64,000 nucleotides of DNA. Origin: an uncultured Melioribacteraceae bacterium (lineage in GTDB: Bacteria > Bacteroidota > Ignavibacteria > Ignavibacteriales > Melioribacteraceae). Where the stretch lies: assembly GCA_963821715.1 (NCBI GenBank), contig CAWGET010000010.1, positions 47,990 to 111,989 on the forward strand, in the 5' to 3' direction. Positions 48,788 to 58,700 of the stretch are shown here, in pieces. A model generated the notes under the pieces. That model saw only the letters and a program-made list of their open reading frames with translations, did not search any database and was not told where the DNA came from. A program made the translations under genes and the position numbers. Position 1 is the stretch's first letter; every line of letters starts with the position of its first letter.

Positions 48788-49624
48788 ATGAATAAAAAAG
48801 TAATAATTGTAACCGGCGCCGGTTCAATGGGACAGGCAATTGCAAGAAGAGTTGGAGCGGGTAAACATATTTTATTTGCGGACTTAAAAAAAGACCAAGT
48901 TGAAAGCGCTTCTAAAATTTTAAGCGAGGCCGGTTTCGACGTTAGTTATACAATCGTGGACGTCACTTCAAGACAATCTGTTGTATCTATGATTAAAACC
49001 GCTCAGGAACTTGGAGATATTTACGGACTAATTCATACAGCAGGAGTTTCACCGTCTCTAGCGCCGCCTAAAACAATTCTAAAAGTAGATTTATATGGAA
49101 CCGCGGTTGTGCTTGAAGAAATTGGAAAAGTAATTTCCGAAGGCGGTTCCGGAGTTGTAATCTCTTCCCAAGCGGGACACAAATTAGATCCGTTAACACC
49201 TGAACAGATAAAATTATTTGGAACAACGCCCGCAGATGAACTACTAGCATTACCGATGCTTCAACTTGCTAATATTAAAAATTCGTATCACGCCTACCAA
49301 CTTTCAAAAAGAGGAAGTTCGTTAAGAGTTATGGCAGAAACAGTACGCTGGGGTAAACGTGGCGCAAGAATTAATACAATAAGCCCGGGAGTTATTTTTA
49401 CGCCGCTTGCAAAAAATGAATTAGAAGGACCTGAAGGAGAAGGTTACCGAAAAATGATAAATTCGTGCGCGGTGGGACGTGCGGGAACGCCCGATGAAGT
49501 TGCCAATGCAGCTAATTTATTAATGGGGCAAGACGGAGCGTTTATAACGGGAAGTGATTTTCTTATGGACGGCGGCGCAACGGCAGAATTCTGGTTTGGC
49601 GAATCGAATCAAAAAATGAAATAA
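48788..49624 (+). CDS. SDR-family oxidoreductase
   Basis: MNKKVIIVTGAGSMGQAI (TGxxxGxG). An YxxxK motif is present (YQLSK). The ORF-track TTG start at 48776 is the alternative. Confidence 0.85.
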   Translation: MNKKVIIVTGAGSMGQAIARRVGAGKHILFADLKKDQVESASKILSEAGFDVSYTIVDVTSRQSVVSMIKTAQELGDIYGLIHTAGVSPSLAPPKTILKVDLYGTAVVLEEIGKVISEGGSGVVISSQAGHKLDPLTPEQIKLFGTTPADELLALPMLQLANIKNSYHAYQLSKRGSSLRVMAETVRWGKRGARINTISPGVIFTPLAKNELEGPEGEGYRKMINSCAVGRAGTPDEVANAANLLMGQDGAFITGSDFLMDGGATAEFWFGESNQKMK

Positions 49625-50033
49625 GTAAATCTTGTAATAATAAATTCTGAAATGAATTGATGGAAACATTATGCTGAATTCTAATTTACCAACGGCTATT
49701 GGATTTCAATAGATTTACAATCAAACAATATTGTTATTGAGTTTATAGCTTATGCAAATTTGTGGGGATTATAGGCCGCGAAGGTTAGAATGAGAAAAAT
49801 CATAAACTGTTAATCGGTTCAGACGTTAATTAACAATAAGGTGTTCTTGTGAAACTTAATATTGTAAAAAGTAAAAATGAAATTTTAAGATTTTCCCTGG
49901 CGATTATTATTCATTTGGTAATTTAGCTTGTTTTATATTTTTCCATTTCATATGGAAAAACTGTATTTCTTCTATTAGTGGGAGCCTATAACATTGCTAC
50001 GATTTTTGGAGTTTCGAAAATTCATTACAGAAG

Positions 50034-50309
50034 TTGATTTACGACATTTTAGAGAATAATTTGGTTTCTTGTAATAGAAGTTTGATGAGGGTTCAAAGAC
50101 AATTGAAACGGGATGGTACGATAGAAATTAACGGAATTATTCAAAAATACTATATTCATCACAATAACTTTTACATTACAAACCCAATGAATAAAAACAC
50201 AATAACGAATTATAGAATTAATTATTCAGTAAGCCGGATGAAGAATTCAGTTATCAAAGTATATGTAAAAGGCAAGTCAGCAAAAGATGAATTGAATAAA
50301 GGCGCTTGA
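50034..50309 (+). CDS. doubtful hypothetical ORF (possibly part of a broken gene)
   Basis: 91 aa, very AT-rich, TTG start. Upstream, one reading frame (49849-50037) is interrupted by an in-frame TAG at 49924-26 and ends at a TGA overlapping the 50034 TTG start, which lies in a different frame. Confidence 0.2.
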   Translation: MIYDILENNLVSCNRSLMRVQRQLKRDGTIEINGIIQKYYIHHNNFYITNPMNKNTITNYRINYSVSRMKNSVIKVYVKGKSAKDELNKGA

Positions 50310-50629
50310 AAAATTATACCAAGCGGTTTAAACATCAGGGAATACGGTACAAATGGAGAAAGAATTTTCTATTCAAAAAAAATTAAGCTATCAAGAGATT
50401 CAAGAAATAAAATCGCAATATAGTTTATCTGGAATTAAATCTGCGTACGAAAGTCGAAATTTCAAAAAGCAAGGCTGAAAATAGCATTAGATTGATTAAA
50501 TAAATAGATTGCTCCGATGCTTATAGAATATTAAGCAGCTTAAGGTTATTAATAGATAATAATTCGCCTTTTAGCCTAGGCAAGCCGGTTTGCGGCGGAA
50601 ACATATTTTTACCCTACAATGGAGAAGTT

Positions 50630-51337
50630 ATGAAGAAATCCCTTTTAATCTTTTTTAGCTTTACAATAATTTTAATCCATATCAGCTGCTCTTCTAATAG
50701 TACGGGTCCTGAAGAAATAGATGATTATATGAGTTTATCTGTTGGAGATATAAGGGAATATTATGATGCCGATTACGATATGTATCAAATTTGGGAAATA
50801 ACAGGAAAAACTAAAAGAGCAGATAGCTTAGATGTATTCATTGGGATATATAAAAGCATCTACGATACAAGTAATAACTATCCCAGCTACTATGCAATTC
50901 GTGACGGTTATTTTGTTTCGACTAATTTAGAAAAAAGCACAAATTTGAAAAATCCTTTTGTCGAGCATAGGTTGGCCAAGTTAAATCCAAAAGATGGCGA
51001 TAGATGGCTTCAAACTGAAGGTGTGGCTGATTCCGAGAAAGTATATTTTAGTGCGGAATATGTTGAAAATTATGAAACTCCCGCCGCTATTTTTGAAGAT
51101 GTAATCGGTTTTACCTTATCTGATATTCCCCTTACAGTTTATTACTCAAAGTATTTTGGCCATTTAGGAAGTTCGATGCCGATTCCCAATTCAATAAAAA
51201 TTAGTATAAATTATGCGAAAATAAATGGCAGAGAGGTTGGCGAGTTTGTTCCATTAGTCCAAAACAAAAGATTAGATAAAGGTAATAGAAACATCAAATT
51301 GAGAAAAGTAAATATCTTAGGTCAATATATTGAATAA
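50630..51337 (+). CDS. hypothetical lipoprotein
   Basis: 235 aa. Signal peptide plus lipobox-like HISCSS. No family recognised. Confidence 0.55.
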   Translation: MKKSLLIFFSFTIILIHISCSSNSTGPEEIDDYMSLSVGDIREYYDADYDMYQIWEITGKTKRADSLDVFIGIYKSIYDTSNNYPSYYAIRDGYFVSTNLEKSTNLKNPFVEHRLAKLNPKDGDRWLQTEGVADSEKVYFSAEYVENYETPAAIFEDVIGFTLSDIPLTVYYSKYFGHLGSSMPIPNSIKISINYAKINGREVGEFVPLVQNKRLDKGNRNIKLRKVNILGQYIE

Positions 51338-51400
51338 ACCGCGCCCTAAAATAAGTCCTACCAAATTTGTTTGCTAATGGTTATTAATAAAGTCGATTAA

Positions 51401-51413
51401 TATTTACAAGCGG
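51401..51413 (+). repeat. copy of the intergenic motif TATTTACAAGCGG
   Basis: 13-nt exact match to 48738-48750. It lies about 50 nt upstream of the next ATG. Confidence 0.35.
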
Positions 51414-51460
51414 CGGATTGCTTGCTAAAGAGTAGTCCGGCAAAATAAAAAGGCAGTTTT

Positions 51461-51889
51461 ATGAAAATCGTTAAAAAATTTATTTTGATTATCCCAATTC
51501 TTTTTTTCGCTTGCGATGATGGGCAGATTAGCGAAAGCAACAATAGTCTTTTTGGAAATTACGAAAGTTCAACCTTTATAGAACCCGGCCCTTCAGACGG
51601 CGGCGTAAATATCTTAGAATCCGGAGGATATGTTAAAGTTCGTCTGTATGATGGTTTTACTTTTGCCGCCGAGATTTTTATTCCCGACAGCGCAGAAAGT
51701 AATTTCCCTAAAGGTTTATGGAGTTACGAAGGAGACTTTTTGTTAAAAAAGGATACAATAAATTTTATGCCCGGAAATTTTATCTTTGAACAACTTTCCC
51801 GGAAAGAAAATGTGAATCAGTTGGAAACTTATGATGTTCCAATGCGCGGAAGACCTTTTAAAATAATATTAACAAAAAATAGTTATTAA
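51461..51889 (+). CDS. hypothetical lipoprotein
   Basis: 142 aa with signal peptide and lipobox LFFACDD. Confidence 0.5.
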   Translation: MKIVKKFILIIPILFFACDDGQISESNNSLFGNYESSTFIEPGPSDGGVNILESGGYVKVRLYDGFTFAAEIFIPDSAESNFPKGLWSYEGDFLLKKDTINFMPGNFIFEQLSRKENVNQLETYDVPMRGRPFKIILTKNSY

Positions 51890-52020
51890 AGTGGGTGGAT
51901 TGATTTGCTTAGAAAATTATATGTTGTTAGCCCGTCAGGAAATGTAAAAAATTAGCGTTGTGAATTCTATCAAGATTTGTTACCATTAGAAAAGGCCGTA
52001 AAAATTAATTTGGGGTTAAT

Positions 52021-52581
52021 ATGAAGATGAAAAATCAATTCAAGAATATGAAAATAATTTTCAGTTTAGCTTTAATATTTCACTTACCGCTTCTGATTAA
52101 TGCTCAAGAAAATAAAACACAACTGTTAGATCGCGATACTCTCATTACTACCGCAAAAAAAATTATGGAAACAGCACGATATTGTGCACTAATTACACTG
52201 GATTCAACCGGTCATCCCGACGCAAGAATAATGGACCCGTTTCCGCCCGATGATGACATGATAATATGGTTAGGAACGAATGTAAGCAGCAGAAAAGTCG
52301 GGCAGATTAAAAATGATTCAAGGGTTACTCTCTATTATCAAGCCCCGAATGCAGTGGGTTATGCTATTATAAAAGGAGATGCTTACATTGTAGAAGACAC
52401 ATCAAAAAAACAAACATATTGGAAGAATGAGTGGAGCAGATTCTATACCGATAATAAATCCAATTATGTACTTATTAAAGTAGTTCCTGAGAAACTCGAG
52501 GTTATAGATTATCAGAATGGAATTGCGGGTGAGACAAAAACCTGGGCTGTACCTTTTGTGGAGTTTAATCTGAGTAAATAA
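52021..52581 (+). CDS. pyridoxamine 5'-phosphate oxidase-fold protein with signal peptide
   Basis: 186 aa. N-terminal signal (IIFSLALIFHLPLLINAQE), then a PNPOx/general-stress-26-like core (ARYCALITLDSTGHPDARIMDP...IWLGTNVSSRKVGQIKNDSRVTLYY). Confidence 0.7.
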   Translation: MKMKNQFKNMKIIFSLALIFHLPLLINAQENKTQLLDRDTLITTAKKIMETARYCALITLDSTGHPDARIMDPFPPDDDMIIWLGTNVSSRKVGQIKNDSRVTLYYQAPNAVGYAIIKGDAYIVEDTSKKQTYWKNEWSRFYTDNKSNYVLIKVVPEKLEVIDYQNGIAGETKTWAVPFVEFNLSK

Positions 52582-52622
52582 AGATCAGTCTTTTAAATTG
52601 TTCCGCTTACGTGTATTTAAAA

Positions 52623-52752
52623 TTAATTAGCTTTGAAAAAAGGAATATCGGCCGGATCAAGACGATGCGCCATAGCGCCGAGCGATAACAGATCAAGAGC
52701 CGCTTCTATTGATGTTTAAATAATTATTTTTCTTGCATTCATTTATTCTCCT
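52623..52752 (-). pseudogene. relic of the 5' end of a sugar-kinase-like gene
   Basis: GGAGA-ATG at 52752 gives MNARKIII, then an in-frame TAA, then TSIEAALDLLSLGAMAHRLDPADIPFFKAN. The D-L-x-x-L-G-x-x-x-x-R-L-x-P pattern resembles PfkB/KdgK N-termini. The patch is locally GC-rich within AT-rich DNA and truncated after about 42 codons. Confidence 0.3.
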
Positions 52753-52944
52753 TAGAATAATAAAATTAAATATCAGAGGCAATTATCAGCACAACTATCT
52801 CTTCATGATTATTCTATAACAATTATTTGGAGCTAAGAAAATTGCTTATGGAACCAACTTAAGCTATATTTGAATCCATTATACTTAAAAAGCTAGATAG
52901 TTTTTAGTGAGTTAATCAATTCCTTCTTAACAATATCCAGTAAA

Positions 52945-54864
52945 GTGAAATCCTTTTTCTTAATTCTATTTACTTTTTATATTTTACCTCAAGCTCAAGA
53001 ATTCAATGATGTTTCTAACAATGATCAAATTTCAAGATTTGATTCAGTTTATGAAAATGTTTTTATAAACACTACAAAAATAGGCAGTGAATTAGCAAGA
53101 CAAATTAAGATTGATGCTATAAATAAAAAAGACACTTTTAATTTTATAAAATCCTCCATCTATATTGCATTATCTGAGATTCATAAAAAAAATCAAGATA
53201 GTCTTTTACAAATTTTAAAAACTGCATTAGATAATTCTCAAGAAGCAAATAATATTCCTCTGGAGATTCAATCGCTCAATGCCCTGGGATATTATTACTT
53301 CAAACTTAACAACTATAATGAATCCTTAAAGTATTTGAAATCAGCCGAAGAACTTCTCCCGCCAATTGAAAATAAAAAGATTATAGTTCAAACATATTAC
53401 TTGCTCGCCAATAGTTACAGAAAAACAATTAAAAGAAATTTATCTCTAGAATATGCCGGGAAGGTAATTGAAAACTCGGAAAGCAAATCCTCTTATCTCG
53501 CCCGGACATATTTGTTAATTGCAATAATGTACAGAGATGCATTAGACAACGAACGCGCAGTAGAATTCTTGAAAAAATCTATAGAAGTTAGTGAAGCAAA
53601 TGGGGATTGGAAATTGTCGGCATATAATTATGTTATTTTAGCCGGATTTTTAGCAGATTACTCCAGCCCTGAAGATTCCGAGCAATATTTTAAAAAAGCA
53701 ATAAATATTAGCAAAGAGCATAATTACTTTCATGGATTAGGTTATGCTTTCATGAATTACGCCGGCACTTATTTTAAAAAAAGAGATTTTAAAAAAGCTT
53801 TAGAATTAAACAAAAAAGCAATCTTTAATTTCGAAAAAACTAATAACAAACATTATTTAGCTTATACAAATAACAACATAGCAGAAATTTTTTTTAATTC
53901 CGGGATAATGGATTCTGCAGAGGTTTATGTTGAATATGCTCTCAATTATGCTAAGCTGTCAAATAATAAAATTGCTTTTGCAAATGCAAAACATTTGCTT
54001 GGTAAAATCTCCGAGAATAAAGGAAATTATGAGGCAGCAATAAATTACTTTAAGGAAAGTTCAAAAGAGAATGCAGTTGAAACTTTAATTGAAAACTATT
54101 CTAAGTTGTCGGAAATTTATTCATTAATTTCTTTGCCTGATTCCGCAATAAAATATCTAAAATTGAGAAATGATCTAAAAGATTCTGTTTTTAGCGCAAA
54201 TACACAAAGACTGGTAATTGATACACAAATTAAATACGACGTTCAGCAAAAAGTTCGTGAACTGGAATTATCGCAAAACAAGAATGAAAATCTTGAACAA
54301 GAACTCGATCAGGTTAAAAACGGATCATTAATTTTTGTCCTTATTGGTTTTGTAACTTTAGGCTTAGTTTTGTTTTACTATCGAAATAAAACTTTAGAAT
54401 TTGTTAAAAGAATAACGCCAGATTCTAAAGATGGCTTTGCAGATAAAAGAAAATATAAAAAAGTAATTCAGGCAATTGAAAACTCTCCGACTCTAAGTGA
54501 AAAACAAAAATGGAACGAAGATGAAATTGCGAAAGAAATAATTAATAAATTGGAAAGACTTATGCTTGAAGAGAAAATCTTTATGAATACTGATATAAGT
54601 CAAAAAGAAATTGCAAAAAGGCTGAACACAAACACAACTTATTTATCCCGAACTATAAACCTTAAATATAATTTAAATTTTAGCGCTTATATTAATCTTT
54701 TCAGAATTGAAGAAGCAAAAAAAATTATTTTGAATGACAAGAATAAAACCTATTCATTTGAAGGAATTGCAAATACTGTTGGATTTAGTTCAAAATCTGC
54801 ATTCTACAATGCTTTTAAAAAGTTTACAGGAAAAACTCCATCTGAATTTTTAGATTCAGAATAA
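52945..54864 (+). CDS. transmembrane TPR-sensor / AraC-family transcriptional regulator
   Basis: 639 aa (GTG start). Signal-like N-terminus, multiple TPR-like repeats, one TM helix (LIFVLIGFVTLGLVLFYY), and a C-terminal AraC HTH (IANTVGFSSKSAFYNAFKKFTGKTPSEF). Confidence 0.85.
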   Translation: MKSFFLILFTFYILPQAQEFNDVSNNDQISRFDSVYENVFINTTKIGSELARQIKIDAINKKDTFNFIKSSIYIALSEIHKKNQDSLLQILKTALDNSQEANNIPLEIQSLNALGYYYFKLNNYNESLKYLKSAEELLPPIENKKIIVQTYYLLANSYRKTIKRNLSLEYAGKVIENSESKSSYLARTYLLIAIMYRDALDNERAVEFLKKSIEVSEANGDWKLSAYNYVILAGFLADYSSPEDSEQYFKKAINISKEHNYFHGLGYAFMNYAGTYFKKRDFKKALELNKKAIFNFEKTNNKHYLAYTNNNIAEIFFNSGIMDSAEVYVEYALNYAKLSNNKIAFANAKHLLGKISENKGNYEAAINYFKESSKENAVETLIENYSKLSEIYSLISLPDSAIKYLKLRNDLKDSVFSANTQRLVIDTQIKYDVQQKVRELELSQNKNENLEQELDQVKNGSLIFVLIGFVTLGLVLFYYRNKTLEFVKRITPDSKDGFADKRKYKKVIQAIENSPTLSEKQKWNEDEIAKEIINKLERLMLEEKIFMNTDISQKEIAKRLNTNTTYLSRTINLKYNLNFSAYINLFRIEEAKKIILNDKNKTYSFEGIANTVGFSSKSAFYNAFKKFTGKTPSEFLDSE

Positions 54865-55054
54865 AATTTTAAAGTTCGCCTTCCTATCAAAAAGATATAA
54901 TTCACAAAATAAATTCCAAATCTCCAACTAAGATAAATCATTTTCTTATTTAGTTAGTTCTGATTTATAAATCGAGCCAATAAGAGATTGATTTGACTGA
55001 TTTTAAGCGTTTTATTTACAATTAAATTTTTTTATCAAAAAAAAAGGCGCTGAA

Positions 55055-55663
55055 ATGAAAAATGAAATTAAATCTCTATTTGTGTTAATGTTCGTCTTCT
55101 TACTAACTAATTGCGGCGAGAGTGAATCTTCTAAAGTCACAAATCAATATCTGGGAGAAGCTCCTGGGTTCGCACAGGATTATACGGAAAAAATTACCGA
55201 CATTGAAAAAGATGCTAAAGGAGCAAATTCATTATCTGAATTGGAAGATTATGATAAAAAAAGAAAAGAGTTAAATAAAGAAGCCGAAGAAAAATTCGAT
55301 CATATTACTAAATCTCTTAATCTTCCTAAAAAGATCCCATTTGAAGTTCAACAAAAAGATGAAAAATATGAAGTTAACAATCTGGAAATCACAAACTTAC
55401 TGTACAATCAGGTTGAATTAACAGCGGATATTACATCTAAGGTAACACGGACGCACATTTTTGGTTATTTGCAAGCTGTAGATGAGCAGGGAAATCCACT
55501 TGAATCGAGTAAAGACTGGGTTGTGTTAGATGTTAATCAATGGAGAAATGTTAAAGAAGGCGAACCGGCTGTTATGAAAGGTTATTTTCGTGGAGTTGAA
55601 AAATTAGAAAATTTGGAAAAATTCGTTTTCAAAACCAGAAAAGAATATGAAAAAAACAAATAA
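55055..55663 (+). CDS. hypothetical lipoprotein
   Basis: 202 aa with lipobox LLTNCGE. No family recognised. Confidence 0.55.
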   Translation: MKNEIKSLFVLMFVFLLTNCGESESSKVTNQYLGEAPGFAQDYTEKITDIEKDAKGANSLSELEDYDKKRKELNKEAEEKFDHITKSLNLPKKIPFEVQQKDEKYEVNNLEITNLLYNQVELTADITSKVTRTHIFGYLQAVDEQGNPLESSKDWVVLDVNQWRNVKEGEPAVMKGYFRGVEKLENLEKFVFKTRKEYEKNK

Positions 55664-55712
55664 ACTAAAAAAATCATCTTCCAATTATTTTTTTAATTAA
55701 GGAGAACTCTCT

Positions 55713-58700
55713 ATGAAACTCAAATACCTTTTTATACACATTATCTTACTTTTCTCTGTTTTTAATCCGACGAATGCATCTGATGCTCGGAAAACTGACA
55801 AATTAAAATTAGTTCCTGAAGCAGTTGAACCCTTAATTCAAAATCAGTGGGTTACGTTTGAGTGGCCGTATAACGCATACAATCCTGAAGATTCCGAGGG
55901 CCCAAATGGTCACTGGGGAAATGCTTGCGGACCAACTTCATTCGCAAGAATAATGCATTATTGGCAGTTTCCGGTGAATGGGAAAAATGCATTAAATTTC
56001 ACTGATTATTGGGGAAATTACTGGAATGTTGATTTAACTAATATGAACCTTAATTACACTGAGATGAGGGATGTTCTTGATCATAATTCTTCTCAGGCAG
56101 AATATAATGAAACTGCCCGATTGTTTGAAGCGACATGTGCGGTAGGAGAAAAAATCACTATAGGCTGGGCCGGAGACAAAGAAAGAATTCCCGGAGCATT
56201 AGTAAATAATTTTGGATTCAAGTCAAGTCTTCATTGGGTAGATAGATGGGATTATTCAAAAGAAGAATGGATAGATATTTTAAAGAATGAATTAGCAAGC
56301 GGCAGACCTATTTTAATGTTGGGGAGAACGGAGGATAGTCCGGCTCCTTGGCAATCGGGATCGTATAGAGCTCATTATTGGATTTTAGATGGATATAATA
56401 CAAATGATGAGTTCTACATTGATTATGCTTTCAATAATATTAAAGGATATTATGATGCAGATAATTTAGGGGGAATATATGTTGCATATAATTCGGCGCT
56501 TATTGGTATAGAACCCGACTGGGGCAATAAAGAATTGCAGTTAATACAACCGGCTAATGGCGGTTCTTTTTTTAATAACCAGGAATTAACGATTACATGG
56601 AACAGCAGCAATATTCAGAATCTTAGAATAGAATTTAGTAATGATAAGGGTTACACTTGGAACATAGTAGCTGAAAATGTTCCGGCGAATAATGGATCAT
56701 ATTCTTTTCCCCCGACTTCTATTGCATCAGAAAATTGCAGAATAAAAATTACTGATGAAACAGATGTTAATATCAATCGTATCAGCGGCATATTCGAAAT
56801 AAGAAGTCCCCTTGAAAAATCTATTAAGTTATTATCACCGGATGGAGGTGAGTATTTTTTGGCAGACAAAACTTACCAAATAGTTTGGGAATCAGAACTT
56901 ATTTCGTTTGTTGATATAGAATACTCGACAGATAATGGAACTACCTGGAATAGTATAATAAATAATTATAATGATGCCTCAAAAAAATATGATTGGACAA
57001 TTCCAACAATTAAGTCAGAATTATGTCTGGTAAGAATAACGGAAACGGGTAATACCAGTATAAGTTCTCAAACACCCAATGCATTTACAATTAGCGATCA
57101 AGAGCTGGTAGGCGGACCTTATTACAAAGATGAAAATACTGTTTTACTTTTACACTTTGACGGCAATTACAAAAATTCATCCGATCTTTCGGACGACGGA
57201 ACACCATCCGGAGGAGGACAAGAATTTACAAGCAATTCAGCATTAAAACTTGATGAATCTCTAAAATTTAGTTCCGGAGCAGATAAAATTTCTATACCTC
57301 ACAATAATGAATTAAGTATATCAGGCGATTGGACAATTGAGTTATGGGCTAAATTTACTTCTTATAGTAACATGCCTTATCTAATAAGTAAACCCGGCGA
57401 TAGTGATCCTTACCAGTCAAATTACTCCATTCAATTGCAGACTTCCTGGGACAATGTTTTTCATGGTCTATATTTCCCGGTTGAAAATTTAAGAATTAAT
57501 ATAACCGCTCCTAAACCAGAATTAAATAAATGGTATCATGTAGCATTTATTAGAGATACTCAAAATTCCCAATTGAAACTAATAGTGCACGATGAAAATA
57601 GAGAAGAGATTCATACTCGATTAACTCCTTTAAATACAAATAACGTTTTACTAAATTCTCAGGATGTAGTTATAGGAGGAGGCTTTGAGGGTTATATTGA
57701 TGAAGTTAGAATAAGCAATGTTGTAAGAAATTTTGAAGAAGTAATTTTACCGGGAGCTGCTTTTAATCCATCGCCGGCAAATAATGCTTCTAATGTAGAA
57801 TTTGAAAATACTGAGTTAACCTGGAACAATGGTGCAAATACTGAAAAAATTGATTTATATTTTGGTAAAACAAATCCTCCTCAAGAATTAGTATTAAACA
57901 ATGTTAATCCACAAACATCTTATCAATTAAATACACTAGAAAAAAACACGGATTACTTCTGGAAAGTTGTATGTAAAAATAGTTTCGGTGCTTCAAATAG
58001 CTCTGTTTGGAAATTCAAGACAAAAGATGAAATTGCATCTACAATTTCACTTAAAACACCGGATGGAGGAGAATATCTTACTGCAGGAAAAACATATCCT
58101 ATTACTTGGGAATCCGAGAACGTTAATAATGTAAATATAGAATATTCTTCAGATAATGGAGCTGCCTGGAAAAGTATAATTAGTAATTATAATGATGCCT
58201 CAAAAAAATATGACTGGACTGTGCCTGCAGTAAATTCGACTTCCTGCTTAATTAAGATTTCAGATAGCGGCAACAGCAGTTTTAATTCACAATCGCCTAA
58301 TACCTTTACAATAAGTGAGCAAGAGTTAATCGGAGGCCCGTACTGTAATGATGAAAATACAGTGTTGTTATTACACTTTGATGGTGATTATGAGAATATG
58401 TCCAATCTTTCGAATGACGGCACCGGATCAGGCGGCGGACAATCATTTACCACTAATTCCACTTTACATTTAGATGAATGTCTAAAGTTCAGCAATGAAA
58501 CAGATAAAATATTTATTCCTCATAATAATGAATTAAATTTATCGGGCGATTGGACAATTGAATTATGGGCTAAATTTACTTCTTATGGTAATATGCCTTA
58601 CCTTATAAGTAAACCCGGTGATGGCGATCCTTACCAATCAAATTACTCCATTCAATTACAAACTTCCTGGGACAATGTATTCCATGGTTTCTTTTTCCCG

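Noticed and set aside
46460-52581. Idea that the run of small same-strand genes is an integron cassette array (CALIN) with attC sites.
   Set aside because: I looked for RYYYAAC...GTTRRRY pairs with matching L boxes after each stop. Only one loose candidate exists (ACCTAAC at 47306 and GTTAAGC at 47376), and its internal pairing is asymmetric. The other spacers lack attC-like imperfect palindromes, and no intI is present.
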